A stretch of 64,000 bases of DNA, from contig JAAZXC010000001.1 of assembly GCA_014240365.1 (NCBI GenBank), forward strand, positions 2,184-66,183. Reading direction: 5' to 3'. Positions 1 to 9,434 of the stretch are shown in pieces. Position 1 is the stretch's first letter; each line of letters begins with the position of its first letter. The position numbers and the translations under genes were made by a program. The stretch is from Acidimicrobiales bacterium (GTDB taxonomy: Bacteria > Actinomycetota > Acidimicrobiia > Acidimicrobiales > MedAcidi-G1). The notes under the pieces were generated by a model. It was not told the DNA's origin, did not search any database, and saw only the letters and a program-made list of their open reading frames with translations.

Positions 1-289
1 CGTCGGCTGTCGATGCCAGCTTCGGGACGACCACACCGGCGAGGCCCTCGGGCAGTCCATCCAGTACGTCGTCGACGAAGTGGATGGTGTCGGGTGCGTT
101 CACCCGCACGAAGAGGCGGACCTCGGAGGCGAGCGTCGGTGCCACCTCGTGGGCGACTGTCCGGGCCTCGACCTTGCGGTCCGCTGGGACGGCATCCTCG
201 AGGTCGATTACAGCAGCGCTGGGGCTGGACCGGGGCAGCTTGGCTAGCACCTCGGGGCGGTTGCCGGGGGCGAACAGCAGGCTGCGCAT
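1..289 (-). CDS. HpcH/HpaI aldolase / citrate-lyase beta (CitE)-like protein, N-terminal fragment (gene continues beyond window start)
   Basis: Minus-strand ATG at 289-287. My translation is MRSLLFAPGNRPEVLAKLPRSSPSAAVIDLEDAVPADRKVEAR..., which is the typical CitE/malyl-CoA lyase family N-terminus (LFxPGxR...K...D.vIDLEDAV). High GC3. Confidence 0.6.
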   Translation of the reverse strand, partial: MRSLLFAPGNRPEVLAKLPRSSPSAAVIDLEDAVPADRKVEARTVAHEVAPTLASEVRLFVRVNAPDTIHFVDDVLDGLPEGLAGVVVPKLASTAD

Positions 290-372
290 GGCGAAGTCAA
301 CTGGTGCGGACACCTCGGCGACGCTACCGGTAGCCGGACTGCGGGTCCCGATCAGGAGGTGTCTACCTGCGG

Positions 373-3300
373 TCAGGCGTCGGTCATGTCCCTGACCACG
401 TCAGCCACGTCGGACATGGCCGACGGGAGGTCCTCGATGTCGAGTTCCACGGCGCCGTCGGCGGAGAGGAAGCAGAACACGACCCTCTTCACGGTCAGGC
501 CGGTGGCTCGCTCGGCTGCCAGGGCATATGTCGCCCCCTGGAGTCGATAGCGGGAGGCCTTGGCCAGGCGATCAGCGTCGTCGACCACGGCGTCGGTCTT
601 GTAGTCCACGATGACCAGCCCGGGTTCGTCGGGCCCATCATCGAGGTAGGCGAGGTCGATGAATCCCTCGACCACCGGTGATCCCGGGTCATCGACCAGC
701 GGTGCGGCCACGTACAACTCCCGCCAGTGTCGCGCCCCGGCGGCAGCCCGGACCACGTCCGAGGCGAGTCCCGCCCGTATCAGGGTCTCGACCCGCGGCA
801 CCTCGTCGGCCACCCCTTCGTTGATGGCGTGTTCCCTTGCCAGGGCGCTGACGTCGGCGTCGTCGAACGGGGCATGTTCCAGCGCACCGTGGACGGCGCG
901 CCCGACCGCTGTTCCGTGTCGCCCCGCCTCGCCGGGTCGTGCCCGGTCGGTCGGGAGGTCCGGCGACGCGTGTGCGGCGATCCTCGTGGCGGCCAGGGTC
1001 TGGCGCCCGGACGCTGCGTCGATGGCCGCCAGACGCTCCGACCTCCAGTCATTCCTCTCGGGCCTGACCGGTGGTTCCGCGACAACCGGCGCAGGCAGGG
1101 ACCTCGAGGTCGGGACCAGGTCGTCGCTGTCGGGGGCGTCGGTTCCCAGCGCTGCGAGTGCAGCGGCGATCTGGAGCGCCGGGGTCGACCGGTCGGCTGG
1201 TCTACCGTCCGAATCGGCATCCTCGGTGCGGTGCAGGGAGACCACGAGGTGGTCACGTGCCCGTGTGGTCGCCACGTAGAGCAGGCGGAGGCGTTCGGCC
1301 AGGTCGAAGGCACGGCTGGCCTCCTGGGCAACTGCGTATCCGTGCGTCGCCTGCGTCTTACGGATCTTCGCTTCAGGGGTCCCGTCGGGTCCGAACACGA
1401 GGTCCACATCGGTGCTGCCCGACCTTCCCGCTCCCGAGAGCCCGGACACGATCGTGATCGGGAACTCGAGACCCTTCGCTCCGTGGATGGTGAGGATGCG
1501 GACAGCATCGTCATCCAGTTCAGGTAGCACGGTCTCTGTAACACGGCTGCCGTCCTCCGCCTGGGCGAGGGACCAGTTGACGAATGCCCGGATCGAACCG
1601 CCATCGGCCTCGGCGAAGGCCCGGGCCCGGTCGGCGAACAACCGGACGCGTCGCCAGACCTCCCGGGGTCGTGGGGTGGCGGCCGCCAGCTCAAGGACGC
1701 GCCGTTCGGTGATGAGGCGCTCCAGGATCGCACTAGGCCCCTCGTGGTGACGGGCGCGGTGGAGTTCTCCCATCCAGGCAAGGCCCTCGGCGACGGGGTG
1801 GTCGGCCGGGGCTGCCTGGGGCGACTCGAACTGGTGGTTCCAGGATCCACCGAACTCGATACGCCAGCGTGCGAGGTCGTCGTCGCCACACCCCAGATAT
1901 GGGGTCCGGAGGGCATGAATGATCGTCAGGTCGTCGAAGGGGTCGTCGATGGCGCGCAGCACCATCAGGAGGTCACGGACCTCGGCGGTGCCGAACAGCA
2001 GCGAGCTGGATTCGGCCCGGTAGGGGATGTCGGCGTGGTCGAAGGCGTCCTCGAGGTCGGTCAGCGACGTGCGTGACGGGATGAGGACAGCGATGTCGGC
2101 AAATGTGCAGGAGCGTTCGTCTCCGTTGGCGTCCTCGACCGTCCAGCCGGCGGCCACGGCCGTGGTGACTGCGGCGGCGACGTCGGCGGCTTCCATGGAG
2201 CGCAGCTCGTCGGCCCTGAGGTCGCTGTGGGCCGATGCCCCGAGCAGGGTCACGGAGGACCCGATCGACGCCGCGGCGCGGCGGCCGACGAGGGGGACGT
2301 ACTCCGGCTGGCCATCACCGGCTTCGATGAGGCACCCGAACACGGCGTTGATCCAGTCGATCACCTCGATGGTGGTCCGGAAGTTCTCGGTGAGGGCGAC
2401 CGGGGTGGCCGGCAGCGAGCGTCGGGCCTTCAGGTAGAGGGCGATGTCGGCTCGCCGGAACCGGTAGATCGACTGCTTGGGATCACCGACCATGAAGATC
2501 GATCCGCCAGCGGGTGAGGACTCGTCCAGCGGAGCGCCGGGGCGTGGGACAGGATCGGCGATCATCAGGGCCAGCTCCAGCTGGATCGGGTCGGTGTCCT
2601 GGAACTCGTCCAACAGGATGGCCCGGTACCGCTCGTTCAGTGCTGTACGAACGGCTGGTCCCACGTCGGGATCCGCTAGGAGGTTCCGTGCGTCTACGAG
2701 GAGGTCGTGGAAGGTCAGTACCCCGGCATGTCGACGTTCCTCTGCGGCGGTCCGGGCACCGACGATCAGCTCGTGTAGGAGGCGCCGTAGGACCTGGGCG
2801 GAGATGTCCACGATGGTCGTGTCCCACATCTCGACGGCGATCTTTTTGGCGGCGATGATCTCGGCCTTCGTGTCGCCCCAGACGGCTTTCGCACCCGGGT
2901 TCCCGAACTTCAGAGTCGAGAGCCCCCGCTTGGCCCGTAGTAGCGCCAGGAGGTCGAAGTCGTCGGTCAGGGAGGCGATCTCGGTTCGGAGTGAGGCCAC
3001 GGCGTCGATGCGGGCCTGGAGCTTGTCGTCGCCGGGAAGGTCGTCGCGTCCGAGGATGGTGATGTCGTCCATGGCGGCGAGAAGTGGACCTACGTCCACC
3101 ACCGGTTCCGGCGGCGGACTCTGGGTGACCACCAGAAGGTCCCAGTTCTCGTCAAGTTTCTCGGCGAGGTCACGGAGGTGGCCGGGGGTGATGTCGAGGT
3201 CGGCTGCGAGTAGCAGGGTGTGCGAGAGCGCCGGGTCGTCGAGCAGTCGGCGTTCCAGATCGTTCCACCGTTCGTCGAAGGCGAGACGGCTGGTGACCTC

Positions 3301-3699
3301 GTCGAGGAGGTCGAAGGCAGGAGGCAGGCCGGCCTCGAGCGGATGTTCGGTGAGGATCCGACGGGCGAAGCCGTGGAGCGTCGAGATCGCGGCCAGGTCG
3401 ACATCGGTCAGGGCCCGTTCGGCGAGGTCTCGCCGGTTCCCGTCGGCTTCGGTACGGACGACGTGTTCGAGGGACAGTCGGAATCGGTCGCGGAGTTCCG
3501 ATGCAGCGCGTTCGGTGAAGGTGATGGCGACAATCGATTCGATCGGCATGGCGCGGTCCAGGACCATTGCCACCATGCGTCCGATGAGGGCAGTGGTCTT
3601 GCCGGTGCCTGCTCCGGCCTCTACGAAGAGGTTCTGGTCGAGGAGCGTGGCGATGTCGTCGCGGGCGGACTGGTCGGTTGGAGGCCCGGTCCGGCTCAT
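373..3699 (-). CDS. UvrD/PcrA-type helicase fused to a RecB-family nuclease (AddA / AdnB-like subunit)
   Basis: 1108-aa ORF. Walker A is EAGAGTGKTT near the N-terminus, with UvrD-like motifs (DEFQDTDP, VGDPKQSIYRFR). C-terminal PD-(D/E)XK motif is IDLAYLDD...VIVDYKTD. ATGA overlap with the upstream partner gene. Confidence 0.85.
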   Translation of the reverse strand: MSRTGPPTDQSARDDIATLLDQNLFVEAGAGTGKTTALIGRMVAMVLDRAMPIESIVAITFTERAASELRDRFRLSLEHVVRTEADGNRRDLAERALTDVDLAAISTLHGFARRILTEHPLEAGLPPAFDLLDEVTSRLAFDERWNDLERRLLDDPALSHTLLLAADLDITPGHLRDLAEKLDENWDLLVVTQSPPPEPVVDVGPLLAAMDDITILGRDDLPGDDKLQARIDAVASLRTEIASLTDDFDLLALLRAKRGLSTLKFGNPGAKAVWGDTKAEIIAAKKIAVEMWDTTIVDISAQVLRRLLHELIVGARTAAEERRHAGVLTFHDLLVDARNLLADPDVGPAVRTALNERYRAILLDEFQDTDPIQLELALMIADPVPRPGAPLDESSPAGGSIFMVGDPKQSIYRFRRADIALYLKARRSLPATPVALTENFRTTIEVIDWINAVFGCLIEAGDGQPEYVPLVGRRAAASIGSSVTLLGASAHSDLRADELRSMEAADVAAAVTTAVAAGWTVEDANGDERSCTFADIAVLIPSRTSLTDLEDAFDHADIPYRAESSSLLFGTAEVRDLLMVLRAIDDPFDDLTIIHALRTPYLGCGDDDLARWRIEFGGSWNHQFESPQAAPADHPVAEGLAWMGELHRARHHEGPSAILERLITERRVLELAAATPRPREVWRRVRLFADRARAFAEADGGSIRAFVNWSLAQAEDGSRVTETVLPELDDDAVRILTIHGAKGLEFPITIVSGLSGAGRSGSTDVDLVFGPDGTPEAKIRKTQATHGYAVAQEASRAFDLAERLRLLYVATTRARDHLVVSLHRTEDADSDGRPADRSTPALQIAAALAALGTDAPDSDDLVPTSRSLPAPVVAEPPVRPERNDWRSERLAAIDAASGRQTLAATRIAAHASPDLPTDRARPGEAGRHGTAVGRAVHGALEHAPFDDADVSALAREHAINEGVADEVPRVETLIRAGLASDVVRAAAGARHWRELYVAAPLVDDPGSPVVEGFIDLAYLDDGPDEPGLVIVDYKTDAVVDDADRLAKASRYRLQGATYALAAERATGLTVKRVVFCFLSADGAVELDIEDLPSAMSDVADVVRDMTDA

Positions 3700-6600
3700 C
3701 GGGACTCCTCTGTCTCGTCATCGACCGGCTCGGTGACATGCCGGAGGTGGAGGTCCATTGCCGCATCTGACGCCTTGCGGTCGCAGGCGGCCTGCAGGCG
3801 CCTGGTGTCGAGTCCATCGGGCGAACAGTGCGGGCAGGTGAAACCGCCGAAGCGGGTCGGTTCCGGAGGATGGTTCGGGAATGCCCCCGCCTCGATGCCT
3901 GTCACTATGCGCTCCAGTACGGCGGCGAACTCGTCCAGCACCTCGGACGTGAGGTGGTAGCCGATGCGATGGTCGCCGCTGCGTTCGGCGCCCACGAAGG
4001 CGAAGGCGGCATGGCTGGTCGGTCCGTGACCTAGGGCCGCCGCCGCTAGGCCGTAGATCGGCAGTTGGAGCCGGGTGCCGCCGGGAAACGGGGCCTCGGC
4101 ACCGATCGGACGGAACCGGTCCGGCCTACCGCTCTTGACGTCGATCACGACCACACCGCCGCCATCGATCCGGTCCACCCGGTCTATGGCGCCTCGGAAC
4201 CTGAGGGCCCTGCCGTCGGCGAGGGTCACCGGAAGCGATGTCGGACCACCGAATCGGTATTCGGCCGCCACCGGTGTGGAGTGCTGGGAGGCCCGGGTGT
4301 CCGAGTCCTGCATCAGGAAGTCCTGGAGCTCGGCATCCATGCGGGAGCGGATAACGGGCCAGAACAGCGGGTGGGCGGCCTCGCCACGTGCGTCGGCGCG
4401 AGCGCATTCCTCGACCAGGATCTCGGAGAGCCGCTGGTGGTCAGCTACCGACCAGGGCCTGCCGGGCCCGGGCAGCGTGTCGTGTTCGAGTCCTTCGCCT
4501 ACGAGGCGTTCCAGGCACCGGTGGATGATCGAGCCTCGGACGAGGGACGACAGGTGGATGCCGGAGGCTGGCTCCTCCTCGGAACGGACACCCAGGACGT
4601 ATTCGGAGAAGTAGGCGAACGGGCACTCCACCCAGCGCTCCAACCGGGTGGAGGAGAGCTCGCCGGCATCCAGACCGGGAATGGCGACACCAGCGAGGTT
4701 GCCGTCGAACCTGGTCAGCTTCGGGCTGAGACGGGCGGAGATGCAGTCGACCCCCCGGCGAAAGGCGGGATCGGCCCGGTAGAGGGTGGCGTCAACGGCT
4801 CGACCGCCGAGCAGCAGGCCGAGCTCGTACTCCTGGTCGGTGGCTGGCTCGTCAACGGCCAGGGTCTGGGCGAAGGAGGCCACATGGCGGTACCACGACG
4901 TGGTGGTCTGCGCCAGCTCGCCCGGGTCGGGCCGGTGCCCGGTGAACGCCTCGATCTCGGCCAGTAGCCATCTGGACGGCGGACGTTCACCCGACCGTCG
5001 GAGGTCGCCCCGCGGATGGACCAGAACCACCCGTCGGGAGGCGGCGGTCATGGCCGCGGCGAAGCCCCGGTGCTGGCGGGTCGTGTGGTCGTGTCGAATC
5101 GGGAGACCAGTCTGGGCAGCGACACGGGTGGCGTCCGGTAGGAGGGCGTCGTTGGCGGGCCGGGTCGGCATCACGCCCTCGGAGAGACCCAGCAGAATCA
5201 CCACCTCGACGTCGAGGCCGGGTGACTGGTCTACTCCGAGGACCTGCACACCCTGGCCCGTCCTGCCCTCCCGGCCCAGTGGCCGCCGGCATTCGGCGGC
5301 TACCGCCCGACAGAACCCGGCGAGGGTGGCATCGGGTTCGACCTCGTCGAGTAGCGCCAATCGATCCAGGACCGACCTGACCGACTCCATGGCCAGGAGT
5401 TCGTCGACGGGCCAGGCTTCTCTTACCGAATCGCTTCCGAGGTAGCGACCGAGGAGCCGCCCGGCCTGTGTGCAGCGGGCGGTCCAGGATCGTGCAGCGG
5501 CTACACGTCGAAGGTCCCGGTCGAGACCGGCGACGAAGGCCAGGAGCCGACGGCACTGCTCGGCATCCCGATCCAGCCTGTCGATGAGCCAGGGCCGGGC
5601 GTCCGCCGACTCCTCCTCGGTGCGTTGTGTCGTGAACTCGGCGGCGAGCAACTCGAGTCGCATCGTCCAGTCGTCGAGACCACCGACCACGCCGGAGCGT
5701 CGGGCCAGGCGCCCCCAGGCGCTTTCCGGGACCTGTTTGTGGTCGGGATCCCAGATTGGAGCGGTGGCGAAAAGGGCTTCGAGGTCGACCCGCCGTAGGC
5801 CATTTGCCGACAGGGACAGTGCGCCCAGCAGGAACCGACCGACCGTGGTCTCGTCAAGCCGCCGGACCGAGGAGCCGTTGAACTCGATGCCCGAGGACCG
5901 GAGTCGCTCGTGGATTAGTCGCACGTAGTCGCTGCTGGGCGGGTGGACCACGGCGATACGCGCCAGGGGGGTGCCGGCCCGTGCAGCATCGAGAATCTGT
6001 CGAACGGCGACCCGGGCCTCCTCCTCCTGGTCGGGGACCGAGATGACGAGCCGTTCGACGGAGGCTGCGGGGGCCGGCGACCCCGGGAGCGCCAGCCCGA
6101 GCATGGTTGCGAGCGCCTCGGCCTCCGGGTCGGGGTGGCCCTCGGCATGGCCGCAGATGATGGTGACCGGACCGGACTCGGCCAGGGCGACCAGGAGGCG
6201 ACGTTCCGATGCCGCCAGCCGACCGGGAAGGTGGACTACGAGCGGGGGGAGCGATACTGAATCCTGGAGGAGTCGGTGGGCAGCCAGGTCCGAGCGTTCA
6301 CGTTCGTCGTGGAAGTGCGGCGCCAACCGGTGGAGTAGGGCCCGGTGGATGCTGGCGAGACCGGCGGGTAGGCCACCGAGGCGGGCGAGTCGTTCGATGC
6401 TCCTGGCATCCACCTCGCGGAGGTCCCGGTGAGATGCCAGCAGTGCGCGCTCGAGGGAGGGATGGTCGGCTACCGGGCCGAAAACCCCCGGATCCTCGGC
6501 GAGGACCCGCCGGGCGGCTGCCAGGACCACGGCGTCGCTGACCGATCGCCGACCCTCGAGTTCGACGGCGCCGGCTGTGAGGTCGCGGGATAGGTCCAGG

Positions 6601-6818
6601 AGCGTGACCATCCTGATCGCGGTGATGCCCGCGACCGAGGGGCCGCCGACAGACCGTGCCGCCAACCGGCGTCTGAGGCGTATTCCCTGTGCGTGGTCGG
6701 TGACGACGACGATGACGGCTGTAAGCGGGTCGCCGTTCTTGAACGCGGTAACCGCCTCGGTGAGGGCGGCCGTCGCCGCCTTCCCGTGGTTCGCCCGGAT
6801 GATCTTCGTCGTCGACAT
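3696..6818 (-). CDS. AddB / AdnA-like helicase-nuclease partner subunit (PD-(D/E)XK nuclease, degenerate ATPase motif)
   Basis: 1040-aa ORF, 4-nt overlap with the helicase-nuclease downstream. C-terminal nuclease motifs are WVECPFAYFSEYVLG and GAIDRVDR...VVVIDVKSGR. Terminal Cys cluster is FTCPHCSPDG...AAC. No clean GxxGxGKT Walker A. Confidence 0.8.
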   Translation of the reverse strand: MSTTKIIRANHGKAATAALTEAVTAFKNGDPLTAVIVVVTDHAQGIRLRRRLAARSVGGPSVAGITAIRMVTLLDLSRDLTAGAVELEGRRSVSDAVVLAAARRVLAEDPGVFGPVADHPSLERALLASHRDLREVDARSIERLARLGGLPAGLASIHRALLHRLAPHFHDERERSDLAAHRLLQDSVSLPPLVVHLPGRLAASERRLLVALAESGPVTIICGHAEGHPDPEAEALATMLGLALPGSPAPAASVERLVISVPDQEEEARVAVRQILDAARAGTPLARIAVVHPPSSDYVRLIHERLRSSGIEFNGSSVRRLDETTVGRFLLGALSLSANGLRRVDLEALFATAPIWDPDHKQVPESAWGRLARRSGVVGGLDDWTMRLELLAAEFTTQRTEEESADARPWLIDRLDRDAEQCRRLLAFVAGLDRDLRRVAAARSWTARCTQAGRLLGRYLGSDSVREAWPVDELLAMESVRSVLDRLALLDEVEPDATLAGFCRAVAAECRRPLGREGRTGQGVQVLGVDQSPGLDVEVVILLGLSEGVMPTRPANDALLPDATRVAAQTGLPIRHDHTTRQHRGFAAAMTAASRRVVLVHPRGDLRRSGERPPSRWLLAEIEAFTGHRPDPGELAQTTTSWYRHVASFAQTLAVDEPATDQEYELGLLLGGRAVDATLYRADPAFRRGVDCISARLSPKLTRFDGNLAGVAIPGLDAGELSSTRLERWVECPFAYFSEYVLGVRSEEEPASGIHLSSLVRGSIIHRCLERLVGEGLEHDTLPGPGRPWSVADHQRLSEILVEECARADARGEAAHPLFWPVIRSRMDAELQDFLMQDSDTRASQHSTPVAAEYRFGGPTSLPVTLADGRALRFRGAIDRVDRIDGGGVVVIDVKSGRPDRFRPIGAEAPFPGGTRLQLPIYGLAAAALGHGPTSHAAFAFVGAERSGDHRIGYHLTSEVLDEFAAVLERIVTGIEAGAFPNHPPEPTRFGGFTCPHCSPDGLDTRRLQAACDRKASDAAMDLHLRHVTEPVDDETEESR

Positions 6819-6932
6819 CAGAATTGAAAGGTAGGCGCGGACTGTGACAGGACGACGGATTGGTCAGCAGGAGCGACGACCGGCCACGCCCGCTTCCGGG
6901 CGCCGCCCCTCGGGCAGGTAGGTTCCGCCGCC

Positions 6933-8492
6933 ATGACCGACGAGAACTCACTCCAGTACCCGGGCCGGTGGGCCGCCGAGTTCCCTGATCGTCCGGCGAT
7001 CGTGATGACCGGATCCGGCGAGACCATGACCTACGGGGAGCTGGACGCTGAGGCCAATCGCATCTCGCGGCTCTTCAGGAGTCTCGGCATCCAGGCCGGC
7101 GACCATGTGGCCTTCTGCCTGGAGAACAGGATCGAGTTCCTGGCGGTCGCCTGGGGTGCCCACTACGCCGGGCTGTACTACACGGCCATCTCGTCGAGGC
7201 TGACAGCCGACGAGATCGCCTACATCGTGGACGACTGTGGGGCACGTGCGTTCGTGACGTCGCCCTACAAGTCCGACGCCGTGGCCGAGATCAACGCGGC
7301 CACGCCGGCCGTCCAGGCCCGTTTCGCGCTCGGTGGCCATGTGGAGGGCCATGCCTGCTTCGAGGACGCCGTCGCCGCCCAGTCGTCCGAGCCTCTGACG
7401 GATCGGACCGAGGGCCAGGACATGCTCTATTCCTCGGGCACGACGGGCCGCCCGAAGGGTGTCAAGTCGCCGATGTCAGGCCAGGGGCTGGGCGCAGGCA
7501 ACTCCATCACGATGATGGCCGAGGCGCTCTTCGGAGCCACACCCGGATCCGTCTACCTGTCACCGGCACCCCTGTACCACGCGGCCCCGCTGCGCTTCTG
7601 CCTGGGGGCACACCGGCTGGGCTGCACGGTGGTGGCAATGGAGCGCTTCGATGCAGAGTCGGCGCTGGCCGCCATCCAGGAACATGAGGTCTCCTGGAGC
7701 CAGTGGGTGCCGACCATGTTCGTCCGGATGCTGAAGCTGCCCGAGGAGGTGAGGGCCGGCTACGACGTGTCCAGCCTGATCTCGGCCGTGCACGCTGCGG
7801 CGCCGTGCCCGGTGGCCGTGAAGCACCGGATGATCGAGTGGTGGGGCCCGGTGCTGCACGAGTACTACGCAGGCACCGAGGGCAACGGCCTCACCTACAC
7901 GAACTCGCAGGACTGGCTGGAGCACCCGGGCACTGTCGGCAGGGCCCTGATGGGCGAGGTCGTCATCCTGGACGACGACGGGAACGAGGTGCCGGTGGGC
8001 GCCGAGGGTGGCGTCTACTTCCGGGGCAATTCCGACTTCGAGTACCACAACGATCCCGCCAAGACAGCTGAGGCCAAGCTGAACGCCAACACCAGCACGC
8101 TGGGCGACGTAGGCCGCCTCGACGAGGACGGCTTCCTCTTCCTGACCGACCGCAAGGCGTACATGATCATCTCGGGTGGGGTGAACATCTATCCCCAGGA
8201 GGCCGAGAACATCCTGACGATGCACCCGGCGGTGTTCGACGTGGCGGTCATCGGCGTCCCGAACGAGGACTTCGGCGAGGAGGTCAAGGCGATCGTCCAG
8301 CCGGTGGATCCGGAGACCGCCGGACCGGAGCTGGCTGCCGAGCTGGTTGCCTTCTGCCGTTCGCAGCTGGCCGATGTGAAGTGCCCCCGCAGCGTGGACT
8401 TCCGCGACGAGCTTCCACGGCATCCCACAGGCAAGCTCTACAAGCGCCTCTTGAAGGACGAATACTGGGTAGGCCACGAGGGTCGCATCTAG
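6933..8492 (+). CDS. acyl-CoA synthetase / AMP-dependent ligase (FadD-like)
   Basis: 519 aa. AMP-binding signature is MLYSSGTTGRPKGV, plus YYAGTEG and the C-terminal PRHPTGKLYKR motif. Confidence 0.85.
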   Translation: MTDENSLQYPGRWAAEFPDRPAIVMTGSGETMTYGELDAEANRISRLFRSLGIQAGDHVAFCLENRIEFLAVAWGAHYAGLYYTAISSRLTADEIAYIVDDCGARAFVTSPYKSDAVAEINAATPAVQARFALGGHVEGHACFEDAVAAQSSEPLTDRTEGQDMLYSSGTTGRPKGVKSPMSGQGLGAGNSITMMAEALFGATPGSVYLSPAPLYHAAPLRFCLGAHRLGCTVVAMERFDAESALAAIQEHEVSWSQWVPTMFVRMLKLPEEVRAGYDVSSLISAVHAAAPCPVAVKHRMIEWWGPVLHEYYAGTEGNGLTYTNSQDWLEHPGTVGRALMGEVVILDDDGNEVPVGAEGGVYFRGNSDFEYHNDPAKTAEAKLNANTSTLGDVGRLDEDGFLFLTDRKAYMIISGGVNIYPQEAENILTMHPAVFDVAVIGVPNEDFGEEVKAIVQPVDPETAGPELAAELVAFCRSQLADVKCPRSVDFRDELPRHPTGKLYKRLLKDEYWVGHEGRI

Positions 8493-8503
8493 AGTCAGCG
8501 CCC

Positions 8504-9364
8504 ATGGGGCACCCGCTGGTCACCGACGAGCAGGTACGGACGTTCGCCACCGATGGCGTGGTCTGCCTGCGGGGCGCCTTCGGCCCGGAGTGGATCGAAC
8601 CACTACGGCGGGGTATCCAGAAGAACATTGCCGAACCGTCCGACCGGGCACGATTCTGGGACCGCGACGCCGAGGGCCGGACCTGCTTCTTCGACAACCA
8701 GTCCTGGCTGCACATCGACGAGTATCGAGACTTCGCTGTGGGCTCGCCCGCCGCCGAGGTCGCCGGGCGTCTGCTGGGGGCAGCGGCGGTCAACTTCTTC
8801 TACGACGCCGTGTTCGTCCGGTCGCCGGGCAACCGGTTCCGCACGCCGTTCCACCAGGACGAGCCGTACTGGTCGGTCGAGGGGTTCGACACGTGCTCTA
8901 TCTGGATGCCGCTGGTGCCGGTTGCACGGGAGAGTTCCCTTGAGCTGGTCCGGGGCTCGCACCTGTGGCCGGAGCGGTTCCGGCAGGAGAACTTCGGCGC
9001 CCTCACCGGTGATGACCGGGACACGGTCGCCTACACCGAAGGGGATCGGGCGGAACCGCTACCCGACATCGAGGCCGACAGGGATGCCTACGAGATCCTG
9101 TCGTGGGCCATGGAGCCCGGGGATGCGGTGGTCTTCAATGCACGGATGGTCCACGGAGGGTCCGGCAACCTGGCGCCGGACCGCGACCTGCAGGTCTTCA
9201 ACACGCAGTGGTTGGGTGACGACGTGCGGGTGGCCTTCCTCTCCGAGGGCATGGACCCCGACCACAGCGGGGTGATGCGGGCGGCCGGGCTGGACCACGG
9301 TGACCGGATCGGTGGCGATCTGTATCCCGAGTTGTGGCGGCGCCCGGAACCCGTCCCCGTCTGA
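8504..9364 (+). CDS. phytanoyl-CoA dioxygenase (PhyH) family Fe(II)/2-oxoglutarate oxygenase
   Basis: Start trimmed to ATG 8504 (MGHPLVTDEQV...), because the track ORF start at 8381 overlaps the fadD-like 3' end. HQDEPYW (HxD) and a distal MVHGG histidine fit the facial triad. Confidence 0.7.
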   Translation: MGHPLVTDEQVRTFATDGVVCLRGAFGPEWIEPLRRGIQKNIAEPSDRARFWDRDAEGRTCFFDNQSWLHIDEYRDFAVGSPAAEVAGRLLGAAAVNFFYDAVFVRSPGNRFRTPFHQDEPYWSVEGFDTCSIWMPLVPVARESSLELVRGSHLWPERFRQENFGALTGDDRDTVAYTEGDRAEPLPDIEADRDAYEILSWAMEPGDAVVFNARMVHGGSGNLAPDRDLQVFNTQWLGDDVRVAFLSEGMDPDHSGVMRAAGLDHGDRIGGDLYPELWRRPEPVPV

Positions 9365-9434
9365 TCGGGCGTGTGACTCCGGTCCCGCCTGAGCCGGGTC
9401 AGCCCCGGAGGCGAAGTCCTGCCCGGACTACGGG

